Position numbers and translations under genes: made by a program. Below the pieces are notes generated by a model. The model saw only the letters and a list, made by a program, of their open reading frames with translations, did not search any database and was not told the origin of the DNA. A stretch of 64,000 nt of DNA from a virus: IMG/VR virus record IMGVR_UViG_3300044646_003076; one strand, written 5' to 3'. Positions 18,944-28,462 of this stretch are shown piece after piece. Numbering within the stretch: the first letter of the stretch is position 1; each line of letters starts with the position of its first letter.

Positions 18944-19191
18944 ATAGTCAGCGGTTAAATTCACAATATTATTGATTATTATGACAGATGAACAAATTTT
19001 AAATCTTGCTGAAGAATTTAATTTCCAAGAGAGATTTATAGAATACGATAGATTGGGTTTTGAAATTAATGAGTATATTGCCTCAGGAGAAAATTTGATA
19101 GAATTCGCTCTCGCTATTCATAAGATCGGATTTAATAAAGGTTATGCTACCGGTGCCCAACGGTGATTAAAATAGCCTGCGGCTAAATTCA
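18935..19191 (+). repeat. Two imperfect 29-30 nt direct repeats (18935-18963, 19162-19191) with a conserved small hairpin
   Basis: GGTGATTAAATAGTCAGCGGTTAAATTCA versus GGTGATTAAAATAGCCTGCGGCTAAATTCA. Confidence 0.7.
18981..19166 (+). CDS. Hypothetical protein
   Basis: MTDEQILNLAEEF...LIEFALAI phage-type small ORF. Confidence 0.65.
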   Translation: MTDEQILNLAEEFNFQERFIEYDRLGFEINEYIASGENLIEFALAIHKIGFNKGYATGAQR

Positions 19192-19209
19192 TTCTAAAGC
19201 GAATACCAA

Positions 19210-19428
19210 ATGAAAGGAACGGTGTCACCCGAACTACGTTATATTTTAAATGATCCTAAACTACGAGAGAAATTTTATTCGGAATTCTTTAATAGAGATA
19301 GAACTGTAGAAAATATCAATATTAAATTGGACGATGATACTCAAATAGCTATTAAAAACTTTGGAAATTTTACAGCTAGAAAAAATAAAAAATCTCGTAA
19401 CATATTAGATTTATTACTAGGATTTTAA
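19210..19428 (+). CDS. Hypothetical protein
   Basis: Co-oriented ORF with ATG. Confidence 0.6.
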   Translation: MKGTVSPELRYILNDPKLREKFYSEFFNRDRTVENINIKLDDDTQIAIKNFGNFTARKNKKSRNILDLLLGF

Positions 19429-19473
19429 GCTCACTAACAATTAAAACATAAACATTTTACACAACACACAATT

Positions 19474-19701
19474 ATGAATCCACACGAATCAGATTTACGC
19501 TTTTGCATCTACCAAGAAGCGAGATCAATGCTAGAAAGAGAATATAATGGTAAAATTGAACTAATTGATTTATACCTACGCTCCACAGATAGGGGGATTT
19601 GGAGCAATAAACCATTGGACATGAATCCCAAATATCCATCACCAAAGGACGTTGCTGATTTAGCCAATAGTATTAATAATTTCGTCAATAAAACCGCTTG
19701 A
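19474..19701 (+). CDS. Hypothetical protein
   Basis: IYQEARSMLE...YPSPKDVADLANSINNFV. Confidence 0.65.
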   Translation: MNPHESDLRFCIYQEARSMLEREYNGKIELIDLYLRSTDRGIWSNKPLDMNPKYPSPKDVADLANSINNFVNKTA

Positions 19702-19726
19702 CAAATTAAGAGAAATGTGCTAGAGT
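19698..19726 (+). promoter_or_regulatory. Sigma70-type promoter upstream of the polymerase operon
   Basis: TTGACA-N17-TAGAGT with TG. Confidence 0.8.
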
Positions 19727-19756
19727 GGATCTTGTTCAAAAGGCAGTTCCACTCTT

Positions 19757-20056
19757 ATGAAAATAAAGTTGGTATATTTAAAAACGGGTGAATATGTTGT
19801 AACGACATTATACCAAGTAACTGAAGGTGAAGATAAAAGTTTACTTTGTTATGTCTTTGATAATCCAAAATCGGTTCTAACAAATTCTGATTGGAGTAAT
19901 GAAACCGATAGTCAACTTACGGTTCAAGCTGCTCTTGTTAGTTGGCCGGCATTCACAAAAGATAAACGAATTGAAGTCTTTCCTGATAATGTTGTAGCTG
20001 TTGTTGAGCCTTCAGATGAGTTAATTAAGTTATATGAGGAATCTATAAATGAGTGA
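19757..20056 (+). CDS. Conserved cyanophage hypothetical protein
   Basis: MKIKLVYLKTGEYVV...WPAFTKD...VVAVVEP. Usual position before gp43. Confidence 0.7.
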   Translation: MKIKLVYLKTGEYVVTTLYQVTEGEDKSLLCYVFDNPKSVLTNSDWSNETDSQLTVQAALVSWPAFTKDKRIEVFPDNVVAVVEPSDELIKLYEESINE

Positions 20057-20399
20057 AAAATTTAATAGTGTTGATTTGAACCAATACGATAAAAAAGATA
20101 TTCTAACAAAACTTCTGGTTTTTCCTGATGGTTCAGTCTTAATCAGTAAACTTGTATATATCGCACCTCTTGATATTGGTGAACCTGATATTGTTCTAAT
20201 TGAGCCACACGTAATTAGTGAAAATATTGTTCAAGATGTTCTTACTGAAGAAACACAAAGAACAACACCCTCATTGACTCCTTGGTTATTTGATTATGCC
20301 GATATCAATCAGAATCAATTCTATATTCACAGTGATAAGATTCTGACCATGGCAACACCGAAAGCTGAAGTATTAGATGAGTATAATAAGAGGTTTTGA
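20049..20399 (+). CDS. Conserved cyanophage hypothetical protein
   Basis: DIGEPDIVLIEP...LTPWL...HSDKILTMATP. Confidence 0.7.
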   Translation: MSEKFNSVDLNQYDKKDILTKLLVFPDGSVLISKLVYIAPLDIGEPDIVLIEPHVISENIVQDVLTEETQRTTPSLTPWLFDYADINQNQFYIHSDKILTMATPKAEVLDEYNKRF

Positions 20400-22900
20400 T
20401 GAAGTGGTACACGAGTGTAAAGAGGTCAGGTAATAAACTTTATATTAGAGGTAATTATGAAGGTGTTCCTTATTCAGATGTAGTAGAATATCAGCCAACA
20501 CTTTATCTTCCTTCAAAAACTCCAACTGATTATAAAAATCTAGCGGGTGAATACTTAAGACCAATTAAACAACCATCTATTCGGGATCTAAGAGGCTTTC
20601 TTGAAAAGTATAAAGATGTAGATGGTTTTAGTGTTTATGGTAATGAGAATCCGATTTATCAATATATCGCAGACGAGTTTCCGGGTAAAATTGAGTTTGA
20701 TATGAATAATATCAAAACTTATTATTTGGATATTGAGACTACATCCGAACACGGTGGTATTGATGTTGATGCAGCAAGAGAGCAAATTCTTCTTGTTACA
20801 TTGATGGATTATAAGACCAAAAAATCAATTACCTTCGGATCAAGAACGTTCACTAAAAGAGTAGAAAACAACACATATATTGAATGTAAAGACGAAGCTG
20901 ATCTTCTTAAAAAGTTTCTTATTTTCTGGGAAAAATCTTATCCTGAGATTATTTCAGGATGGAATATTGAGACCTTTGACTTACCATATCTGATTCGTAG
21001 AATTGAAAAGACTCTAGGTGAAAACAGTGTAAAAATGCTTTCTCCTTGGAAGATTGTAAGACCAAAGGAGATTATTGATCGCAGAACCGGAAAGACTCAA
21101 AATGCCTTTGATATCTTTGGTGTCAATATTATTGACTATCTTCCGTTCTTTAAAAAATACGCAGGTATCGGTGTAGAAAATAATAAACTGGATACTGTTG
21201 CAAAAGAGGTTCTTAAAGAGAGCAAATTAGATCACGAGGAATACGATACCTTTGCCGATTTTTATACCAAAAACTGGGATCTGTTTGTAGAGTATAACAT
21301 CGTTGATACAGTTCTTATTGATAAGCTAGAGAAGAAACTTAGACTCATTCAGCTTGCTGTTACACTCGCATTAGATTCAAAAGTTAATCCTGAAGACACT
21401 CTTTCACAAGGAAGAATGTGGGATGCAATCATCTATAACTTTCTTCTGGCTAAAAATATTATTATTCCCGTTCGTTCTGAGCCACAGATTAAAGATGAGA
21501 AGTTCAAAGGAGCATTCGTAAAACCACCACAAATCGGTAAATTTAAGTGGGTAACTACCTTTGACGTTTCTTCTCTGTATCCTTCTCTTATTAGAACATA
21601 CAATATCAGTCCCGAAACTCTAGTAGAAGAGAGAAATTCTACCGTTTCTATTGAATCTATTGTTGATGAGACTTTTAAGCTTGAACCGAAATATTCAAAT
21701 TATTCGGTTTGTCCTAACGGTTCAATGTATAGAAAGGACTTTCAGGGATTTCTTCCTAAGATTATGGAGGAGATGTTCAATGAGAGAAGCGTCTATAAGA
21801 AAAAAATGCTTGAATACCAAAAGCAATATGAGCTTACTCCAACTACGGAATTGGAAGAACTTATCGCTACTTATAGAATTCTTCAAGAATCAAAGAAGCA
21901 ATGTCTTAACTCAGCTTTTGGATCTCTTGGTAATAATTACTTTAGATTTTACGACATTAGAAACGCCGAAGCGATTACCAGTTCGGGTCAAGCTGCCATT
22001 AAGACCGTAGAAAAGCATATGAACGCTTATCTACAAAAGATTTCTGGTAGTAATAAGGATATGGTTATTGCCGGTGATACTGATAGTGCAATCGTTTATC
22101 TTGAACCAATAGTAGACAGAATCTTCAAGAATAAAAATCCAACCGAAGAAGAGATTATTAACTTTCTTTGCTCTATTTGTGATAATCAAGTCCAAAAAGT
22201 AATTCAAAATATCTTTAGTGATCTTTCAGAAACTACGAATGCATTTGAAAATCATCTGCATATGAAGAGAGAAAAAATCTGCTCATCTGGATTATGGAAA
22301 GCTAAAAAGAACTATATTCTTAATGTATGGGATAATGAAGGTGTTCGCTATTCAGAACCAAAGATTAAAATCAGTGGCATTGAGGCAGTTAAAACCTCAG
22401 TTCCCGCTATCTGCCGTGAACGAGTGAGAAAGGCTATTGATTGCATTATGAATAAGAACGAGGATGATCTTATTGATTTTATTCAGGAGTTCAGAAAAGA
22501 GTTCTTCAGTCTTTCACCTGAGGAGATTGCATCACCAAGAAGAGTTAGCGATATTGATAAGTGGTCAAGTCCTCTGACTACATACATCAAGGGAACTCCC
22601 ATTCAAGCCAGAGCCGCGATTCTATACAACAAACTATTACAAGAAAAGAATCTTCTAAACAAATATCCAGTCATTAAAAACGGTGAAAATCTTAAATTCT
22701 GTTATTTGAGATTACCGAATCCCATAAGAGAAGATGTTATCGGTTTTGTTCAAAAATTCCCCAAAGAGCTTGGACTTGAAAAATATGTAAATTATCAGCT
22801 TCAGTTTGAATTATCATTCATCAATCCACTTAAGAAAATCTTGGATGTTATTGGATGGAGAACTGAAAAATCTTATACCCTAGACGACTTATTCAATTAA
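20396..22900 (+). CDS. gp43: Family B DNA polymerase
   Basis: Exonuclease LDIET, GWNIETFD, YNIVD. Polymerase DVSSLYPS, KQCLNSAFG, GDTDS, KKNY. Confidence 0.98.
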   Translation: MMKWYTSVKRSGNKLYIRGNYEGVPYSDVVEYQPTLYLPSKTPTDYKNLAGEYLRPIKQPSIRDLRGFLEKYKDVDGFSVYGNENPIYQYIADEFPGKIEFDMNNIKTYYLDIETTSEHGGIDVDAAREQILLVTLMDYKTKKSITFGSRTFTKRVENNTYIECKDEADLLKKFLIFWEKSYPEIISGWNIETFDLPYLIRRIEKTLGENSVKMLSPWKIVRPKEIIDRRTGKTQNAFDIFGVNIIDYLPFFKKYAGIGVENNKLDTVAKEVLKESKLDHEEYDTFADFYTKNWDLFVEYNIVDTVLIDKLEKKLRLIQLAVTLALDSKVNPEDTLSQGRMWDAIIYNFLLAKNIIIPVRSEPQIKDEKFKGAFVKPPQIGKFKWVTTFDVSSLYPSLIRTYNISPETLVEERNSTVSIESIVDETFKLEPKYSNYSVCPNGSMYRKDFQGFLPKIMEEMFNERSVYKKKMLEYQKQYELTPTTELEELIATYRILQESKKQCLNSAFGSLGNNYFRFYDIRNAEAITSSGQAAIKTVEKHMNAYLQKISGSNKDMVIAGDTDSAIVYLEPIVDRIFKNKNPTEEEIINFLCSICDNQVQKVIQNIFSDLSETTNAFENHLHMKREKICSSGLWKAKKNYILNVWDNEGVRYSEPKIKISGIEAVKTSVPAICRERVRKAIDCIMNKNEDDLIDFIQEFRKEFFSLSPEEIASPRRVSDIDKWSSPLTTYIKGTPIQARAAILYNKLLQEKNLLNKYPVIKNGENLKFCYLRLPNPIREDVIGFVQKFPKELGLEKYVNYQLQFELSFINPLKKILDVIGWRTEKSYTLDDLFN

Positions 22901-22906
22901 AAATTT

Positions 22907-23956
22907 ATGGATCTTTTAAAGAGTATTATTAAAGAAATCGGAGCTGAATACGCCAGTGTGGCTTCCGATATTGTTGAAAATGAGACCTTCATTGACACTG
23001 GGTCTTATATTCTAAATGCATTAACCTCAGGTAGTATCTTTGGTGGTCTTTCCCAAAACAAGATTACTTGTCTTGCTGCACCAGAAGCAAGCGGAAAAAC
23101 CTATATCGCCTTATCGGTTGTTAGAAATTTTCTAGAAAAAAATCCAGAAGGTTTTTGTATCTATTTTGATACAGAATCTGCGATCACTAAAAAAATGTTA
23201 GGTGAACGTAAAATTGATGTCAATAGAGTTATTGTTGTTGATAAGGTTGCAACGGTAGAGCAATTCAGAATGAAGACTCTTAAGGCCGTTGATGCCTATA
23301 TGAAACTAGCAGAGAAAGATAGAAAGCCCTGTCTTTTTGTTCTAGACTCTCTTGGGATGTTATCAACCAATAAGGAAATTAATGACACTCTTGCAGAAAA
23401 AGACACAAGAGATATGACCAAGGCCGCGCTTCTTAAGGGTGCATTTAGAATGTTGACGATCAAATTAGGTGAAGCTAATATTCCATTGATTGTCAATAAT
23501 CACGTTTATGATCAGATGTCATTATATTCCACAAAGGAACTTAGTGGTGGATCAGCTCTTAAATATTCAGCATCAACGATTCTAGAAATTTCTAAATCAA
23601 AAGAAAAAGTAGGAACCGAAGTTGCGGGTGTTATTCTAAGATTCAAAACCAGAAAATCTCGTTTTAGTAAAGAGAATCAAGATGTGGAAGTGCGGCTGTT
23701 TTACGATGAGCGAGGATTAGATCGTTATTATGGTTTGATTGAACTGGCCGAAGAAGGTGGAATTATTCCTAGAGTCGGAAATCGTTATGAGATTCAAGGT
23801 AAGAAGCTAGGTAAAAGACAGATTCTCGCTTCACCGGAAGAGTATTTCACACAAGATTTGTTAGAGAGAATAGACGAATATGCCAAAACGAAGTTCCAAT
23901 ACGGTAAGTCCGCGAAAACCGAAGAAACAGAAGACCCCGAAGATCTTTCTGAATGA
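22907..23956 (+). CDS. uvsX: RecA-like recombinase
   Basis: IDTGSYILN, SGKT, YFDTE, VLDSLGML, SGGSALKYSAS. Confidence 0.95.
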   Translation: MDLLKSIIKEIGAEYASVASDIVENETFIDTGSYILNALTSGSIFGGLSQNKITCLAAPEASGKTYIALSVVRNFLEKNPEGFCIYFDTESAITKKMLGERKIDVNRVIVVDKVATVEQFRMKTLKAVDAYMKLAEKDRKPCLFVLDSLGMLSTNKEINDTLAEKDTRDMTKAALLKGAFRMLTIKLGEANIPLIVNNHVYDQMSLYSTKELSGGSALKYSASTILEISKSKEKVGTEVAGVILRFKTRKSRFSKENQDVEVRLFYDERGLDRYYGLIELAEEGGIIPRVGNRYEIQGKKLGKRQILASPEEYFTQDLLERIDEYAKTKFQYGKSAKTEETEDPEDLSE

Positions 23957-24497
23957 TTTTGTTGAGATTTATGATAATGTTCTAGATCCAACTCAATGTC
24001 AAGCTCTCATAAACATTTTTGAATCTCTTCCAGAGAAACAAGAAGTTATTGATGACAACAAAAGACCCTCTTTCACTCAACTGAATCTTACTGAGAATAC
24101 AACGGTAAGTGAAGACATTAAATCTCTTCACGATATTCTTATCTCAAAGACTTTTGAATATCGCAATCTTTATTATGAGTTTGTAGATGAACGAGTCTTT
24201 CCAGATAAACATAACTTTGAGTATTATAGAATCAAAAAGTATAGAAATAATGGAGAAGATCTGTTTGATACTCATGTAGACGTGAGAAATCACGAATCAG
24301 CAAGAAGATTTCTTTCTTTTATGTTCTATCTCAATGATGTAGAAAAAGGTGGAGAAACACTCTTTGAAGGTCTTACTATTACTCCTAAATGTGGAAGATT
24401 AGTTGTCTTTCCTCCACTCTGGTTATTTCCACATAAAGGTTGTTGCCCTGTTAGTAACGATAAGTATATTTTAACAACGTATCTACATTACAAATAA
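23880..24497 (+). CDS. 2OG-Fe(II) oxygenase (prolyl-hydroxylase-like); start uncertain
   Basis: HVD, FMFYLNDVEKGGETLF, FPPLWLFPHKG, KYILTTY. Confidence 0.88.
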   Translation: MPKRSSNTVSPRKPKKQKTPKIFLNDFVEIYDNVLDPTQCQALINIFESLPEKQEVIDDNKRPSFTQLNLTENTTVSEDIKSLHDILISKTFEYRNLYYEFVDERVFPDKHNFEYYRIKKYRNNGEDLFDTHVDVRNHESARRFLSFMFYLNDVEKGGETLFEGLTITPKCGRLVVFPPLWLFPHKGCCPVSNDKYILTTYLHYK

Positions 24498-24499
24498 TT

Positions 24500-24769
24500 A
24501 TGGACCATTTACAATACCCATGTTTAATTTTTGTTCTTTATCCCACAGATGAAAGAACGATCAAAGTTACTGAAGAAGTCAGTAAAGATGCTTCATTATT
24601 GGGAGTAGATCTGGAAGTGGGGAAAGAATTTATTATAGACCAAAAGTGTGACAGATTTGCTGCATCATCTTTTGATGATATTGTGAAATATTATGAACAA
24701 AATAAAGATAAAAAGGTGAGATTTAGTGATAATCTGTTAAATGAATATTTTGGTATTAAAGTGGAATGA
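24500..24769 (+). CDS. Hypothetical protein
   Basis: Tightly packed co-oriented ORF. Confidence 0.6.
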   Translation: MDHLQYPCLIFVLYPTDERTIKVTEEVSKDASLLGVDLEVGKEFIIDQKCDRFAASSFDDIVKYYEQNKDKKVRFSDNLLNEYFGIKVE

Positions 24770-26127
24770 ATGATAAAGTAGAACTTTTAGTATTGAAAAA
24801 TTTAATATTTAATGAAGACTATACCCGAAAAGTTCTTCCTTTTCTTAAGCCTGAATACTTTCAGGATTATTCACAAAGAATATTGTTTGATGAGATCATA
24901 ACATTCGTAGGTGAATACAATAAGCTACCGTCTAAGGACGCATTAGAAATTGAGATAGCAAGACGAACTGATCTTAATGAGAGTTCGTTTAAAGAAATAA
25001 ATCAGCTTATCACATCATTTGAACCAGAATTAGTAACCGAAGATTGGTTAATTTCAACAACAGAAAGATGGTGTAAAGATAGAGCTGTTTACCTAGCTCT
25101 TATGGATTCTATCCATATCGCAAATGGTGAAGATGAAAAAAGAACTCGTGATGCAATCCCGGCAATTTTACAAGAAGCCTTATCTGTTTCTTTTGATAGT
25201 AATATCGGACATGATTATTTTGAAAACAGTGATGACCGTTTTGAATATTATCACGATGTAGAGTCAAAAATTTCTTTTGAAATTGAGAGACTTAACATCA
25301 TCACAAAAGGTGGAGTGAAGAGTAAAACTCTCAATATGATTATGGGAACCACTAATGCAGGTAAATCTATTTGTCTTTGTAGTTTTGCATCTTCTTATCT
25401 TAAACAAGGTAAGAACGTACTCTACATAACTCTTGAGATGTCAGAAGAGGAAATCGCAAAACGAATTGATGCTAATCTTCTTGATGTGAATATTGATCAC
25501 ATTGAAAAAGTATCAAAAAAAGTCTTTGATGATAAAATAAAAACTCTTCAAAACAGATTGAATGGTAAATTGATCATCAAAGAATATCCGACAGGTGGCG
25601 CATCGGTTAATAATTTTAGATCTCTTTTGAATGAGCTTAATTTAAAGAAAAAGTTCGTTCCCGATATTATTATTATTGACTATCTGTCTATTTGTGCGTC
25701 TTCTCGTTATCGTAAGGGTATGGCGAACTCTTATGAGTATGTCGGATCTATTGCAGAAGAGGTAAGAGGTTTAGCAAAAGAATACGATGTTCCAATTTGG
25801 TCGGCGATTCAATCAAATAGAGATCAACAAGCCAATAATGATCCAACTCTAGCTGGTATTAGTGAATCTGCCAAAATTGGTCACGTATCCGATTTTCTTG
25901 TTGCTATTATCTCCAATGAGGAATTAGAGCAACTTGGACAGTATATGTTCAAACAAATTAAAAACCGATATAATCAAAAAAGCAAACTAACAAGATTCGT
26001 TGTTGGTATTGATTATACAAAAATGAGATTGTATGATGTTGAACAAGGTGAGCTACCAGAAGATGCTCCGATTGAACAACAACCACAATCATCAACAGCA
26101 AAATTCAAAAAATTCAACTTTGATTAA
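24766..26127 (+). CDS. gp41: Replicative DNA helicase (DnaB-like)
   Basis: GTTNAGKS, YITLEMSEE, IIKEYPT, IIIDYL, SAIQSNR, KQIKNRY. Confidence 0.96.
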   Translation: MNDKVELLVLKNLIFNEDYTRKVLPFLKPEYFQDYSQRILFDEIITFVGEYNKLPSKDALEIEIARRTDLNESSFKEINQLITSFEPELVTEDWLISTTERWCKDRAVYLALMDSIHIANGEDEKRTRDAIPAILQEALSVSFDSNIGHDYFENSDDRFEYYHDVESKISFEIERLNIITKGGVKSKTLNMIMGTTNAGKSICLCSFASSYLKQGKNVLYITLEMSEEEIAKRIDANLLDVNIDHIEKVSKKVFDDKIKTLQNRLNGKLIIKEYPTGGASVNNFRSLLNELNLKKKFVPDIIIIDYLSICASSRYRKGMANSYEYVGSIAEEVRGLAKEYDVPIWSAIQSNRDQQANNDPTLAGISESAKIGHVSDFLVAIISNEELEQLGQYMFKQIKNRYNQKSKLTRFVVGIDYTKMRLYDVEQGELPEDAPIEQQPQSSTAKFKKFNFD

Positions 26128-26134
26128 AACCATT

Positions 26135-26440
26135 ATGACAAACGTACAATTTGACAACATTCGTGGATGGGCTGATGCTCGCAATCTTATTGAAGGTAGT
26201 AAGCCAATCAATCAAATCTCAAAACTCGTAGAAGAACTAGGTGAGCTTGCAACAGGTGTAAATAAAGGCAAGAATGATCTTATTGCTGATGGTATTGGTG
26301 ATGCCGTTGTTGTTCTTACTATTCTTGCAAAACAATGTGGTATGAACATTGAAGATTGTATTGATCTTGCATGGAACGAGATTAAAGATCGCAAAGGTAG
26401 AATGGTTGATGGTATTTTTATTAAGGAGGATGATCTATGA
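26135..26440 (+). CDS. mazG: MazG-like NTP pyrophosphohydrolase
   Basis: KLVEELGELATGV...IADGIGDAVVVL...CIDLAWNEIKDRKG. ATG at 26135. Confidence 0.85.
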   Translation: MTNVQFDNIRGWADARNLIEGSKPINQISKLVEELGELATGVNKGKNDLIADGIGDAVVVLTILAKQCGMNIEDCIDLAWNEIKDRKGRMVDGIFIKEDDL

Positions 26441-27399
26441 ATGATAAACAACTAGAATATGTTGTTGAAGTCTTAGAAAGAGAGATTTCCGGTTATTCAA
26501 AAGATTATGTACCGGAGAGAATCAGTCTTCTCAGAGAGTGCGTGAGAGAGTTAAAAGGTGAAGTAACACAATTGACAGATTATCATTTACAAGAACTACA
26601 AAAATGTAAAGATGATATTGTTTATTTTGCGGAAAAATATGTAACGATCAATAACGTTTTTTCGGGAGCGGTGAGATTTAACCCATATCCTCATCAAAAA
26701 GAATTACTTAGGGTTATACAAAATAACAATTATGTTATTGGTAAATTGATGAGGCAATCTGGGAAAACGGTGTGTGGTATAGTTGCAATTTTACATGAAT
26801 TGGTGTTTGGTGAACCCAAAACAATCGGAATATTATCATATAAAAAAGAACAATCTAGACAAATTTTGGATACTATAAAATTATATTATAGCTGTCTTCC
26901 TGATTGGATGACCTTTAAAATTGTAAAAGATAATAAAGAACAATTTCAATTAGAAAAGGGTTCATATGTTGATGTAATAACAGTTCGCTCTTTTTGTGGA
27001 AAAACTTATGATACTATTCTTCTTGACGAGTATGCATTTTTATTTGGGGGTAAAGTATTTCTTTTAGATGATAAACAAAAAAATTCATCAGAAGCTGTTG
27101 ATCTAAAAGGACTTAAAGAATATAATGATTTTTGGAAAGTGTTTCTTCCCCTTATGACTTGCCAAAATGACCAAAGAATTTTAATTTTGAGCACCATTTC
27201 TTCTACTAATAAAAATCATTACTTTAATAAATTGTGGTTAGAAAGTTCTAGGGCGAATAACAATTTTGTTGCTTTTGAATCTAACTGGAAAGATTATCCA
27301 GAATTAGATGAAAAATGGAGTTCTTCAATTGTTAAAAATATCGGCGAAGGAGCTTTTTCTCTTGAATATGAATGTAAAATTGAAGAAGATAGCCCGTAA
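26437..27399 (+). CDS. Terminase-large-subunit-like ATPase domain (no nuclease domain)
   Basis: YFAEKYVTI, PYPHQKELL, MRQSGKT, LLDEYAF, ILSTI, FNKLW, F.LEYEC match the gp17 N-terminal ATPase. The protein ends where the gp17 nuclease would begin. Confidence 0.8.
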   Translation: MNDKQLEYVVEVLEREISGYSKDYVPERISLLRECVRELKGEVTQLTDYHLQELQKCKDDIVYFAEKYVTINNVFSGAVRFNPYPHQKELLRVIQNNNYVIGKLMRQSGKTVCGIVAILHELVFGEPKTIGILSYKKEQSRQILDTIKLYYSCLPDWMTFKIVKDNKEQFQLEKGSYVDVITVRSFCGKTYDTILLDEYAFLFGGKVFLLDDKQKNSSEAVDLKGLKEYNDFWKVFLPLMTCQNDQRILILSTISSTNKNHYFNKLWLESSRANNNFVAFESNWKDYPELDEKWSSSIVKNIGEGAFSLEYECKIEEDSP

Positions 27400-27410
27400 T
27401 GGGCTTTTTT
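27391..27410 (+). terminator. Rho-independent terminator
   Basis: AGCCC-GTAAT-GGGCT followed by TTTTT. Confidence 0.75.
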
Positions 27411-27415
27411 AATGT

Positions 27416-27422
27416 CTAAATA
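27416..27422 (+). promoter_or_regulatory. T4-like late promoter
   Basis: CTAAATA upstream of 27446. Confidence 0.65.
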
Positions 27423-27445
27423 ATTCAACTATTAAGTTTATTCAA

Positions 27446-28459
27446 ATGGAATATCGGGGCTATAATGGATTGTATGAATCATATCAACAAATCTATAGCG
27501 AAGGTAAATCTGATAAGCTTCTAACAAAGTCCATTGATCGCTCTGATGCGCGAACAGAAAGAGCTGATGGTGATGAGCCAGCTAGAATGCTTAAACATTT
27601 TACGACCAGAGGAGTCAAGAAGAAAAAGGGCATCAAAGAAGAATTAGATTCTGTTATTGAATATCTTATTGATGAAGGATTCACCGATACTGTTGATGGT
27701 GCCGAAGTTATTATTACATCTATGAGTGATCATTGGTATGAAAGTATTATTGAAGCGACCGATAGTAATAGAGATAAAAACGTTTCACAGCTCAGTTCAG
27801 ATCTTTCTGGATTAAGAGCTAAACAGAGAGATTATCAAAATCGTCTTATTAGAAATCCAAATGATACGACTGCTAAAAATACATTGACTCAGATTATACA
27901 ACAGATCAAAAATGCGAGTGGTGCTAGAAGCTCACTTGCATCCATTCAAGGTGTATCTTCAGCTAATATTTCCACTCCTAAAGCTAAGGCTTCTCCTGAA
28001 GAAAAAATGTCACCGGAAGAGCGATCGGCTTTTAGAAGTACATCACTCAGAAGCACACAAAAGTCTCCAGAAGAGAAAGCTAAATTACAAGCATCAATTA
28101 GAGCTGGTGCAGAGAAAGCCAAAAAGGCTAGATATGGATCAACACCACAAACACCTTCTTCTGGTGAAAGAGCAAGACCATCAGGTGAAACCAGAGCACA
28201 ATCAAGAGCTTCTCAAATGGGTGATGAGTTAGTCGGTGGATTATCACCAACTTATTATAATAGAGAAACTGGTAGACGTGAACCCATTAAGGCTGTCGGT
28301 GCAACTGAGAAGAATTATGGTGGTCGTGGTAGACAGAGAATCACTGGACGTTATCAGCAAGGTGCCACTGGTTCAGGCACCGATAGTCCAACTCCAGCAG
28401 GAAGCACTATTGATCCAACACGTAGAAGACTTAGAGGAACAGGTAGATCTCTCGGATAA
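27446..28459 (+). CDS. Hypothetical protein, acidic module plus long basic low-complexity tail (putative internal virion protein)
   Basis: LYESY; ELDSVIEYLIDEGFTDTVDGAEVIITSMSDHWYESIIE module shared with 14285. Confidence 0.65.
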   Translation: MEYRGYNGLYESYQQIYSEGKSDKLLTKSIDRSDARTERADGDEPARMLKHFTTRGVKKKKGIKEELDSVIEYLIDEGFTDTVDGAEVIITSMSDHWYESIIEATDSNRDKNVSQLSSDLSGLRAKQRDYQNRLIRNPNDTTAKNTLTQIIQQIKNASGARSSLASIQGVSSANISTPKAKASPEEKMSPEERSAFRSTSLRSTQKSPEEKAKLQASIRAGAEKAKKARYGSTPQTPSSGERARPSGETRAQSRASQMGDELVGGLSPTYYNRETGRREPIKAVGATEKNYGGRGRQRITGRYQQGATGSGTDSPTPAGSTIDPTRRRLRGTGRSLG

Positions 28460-28462
28460 TTT

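Noticed and set aside
26033-26134. Long N-terminal extension of the MazG-like ORF in the ORF track
   Set aside because: It overlaps the gp41 3' end. Homology begins at the ATG at 26135.
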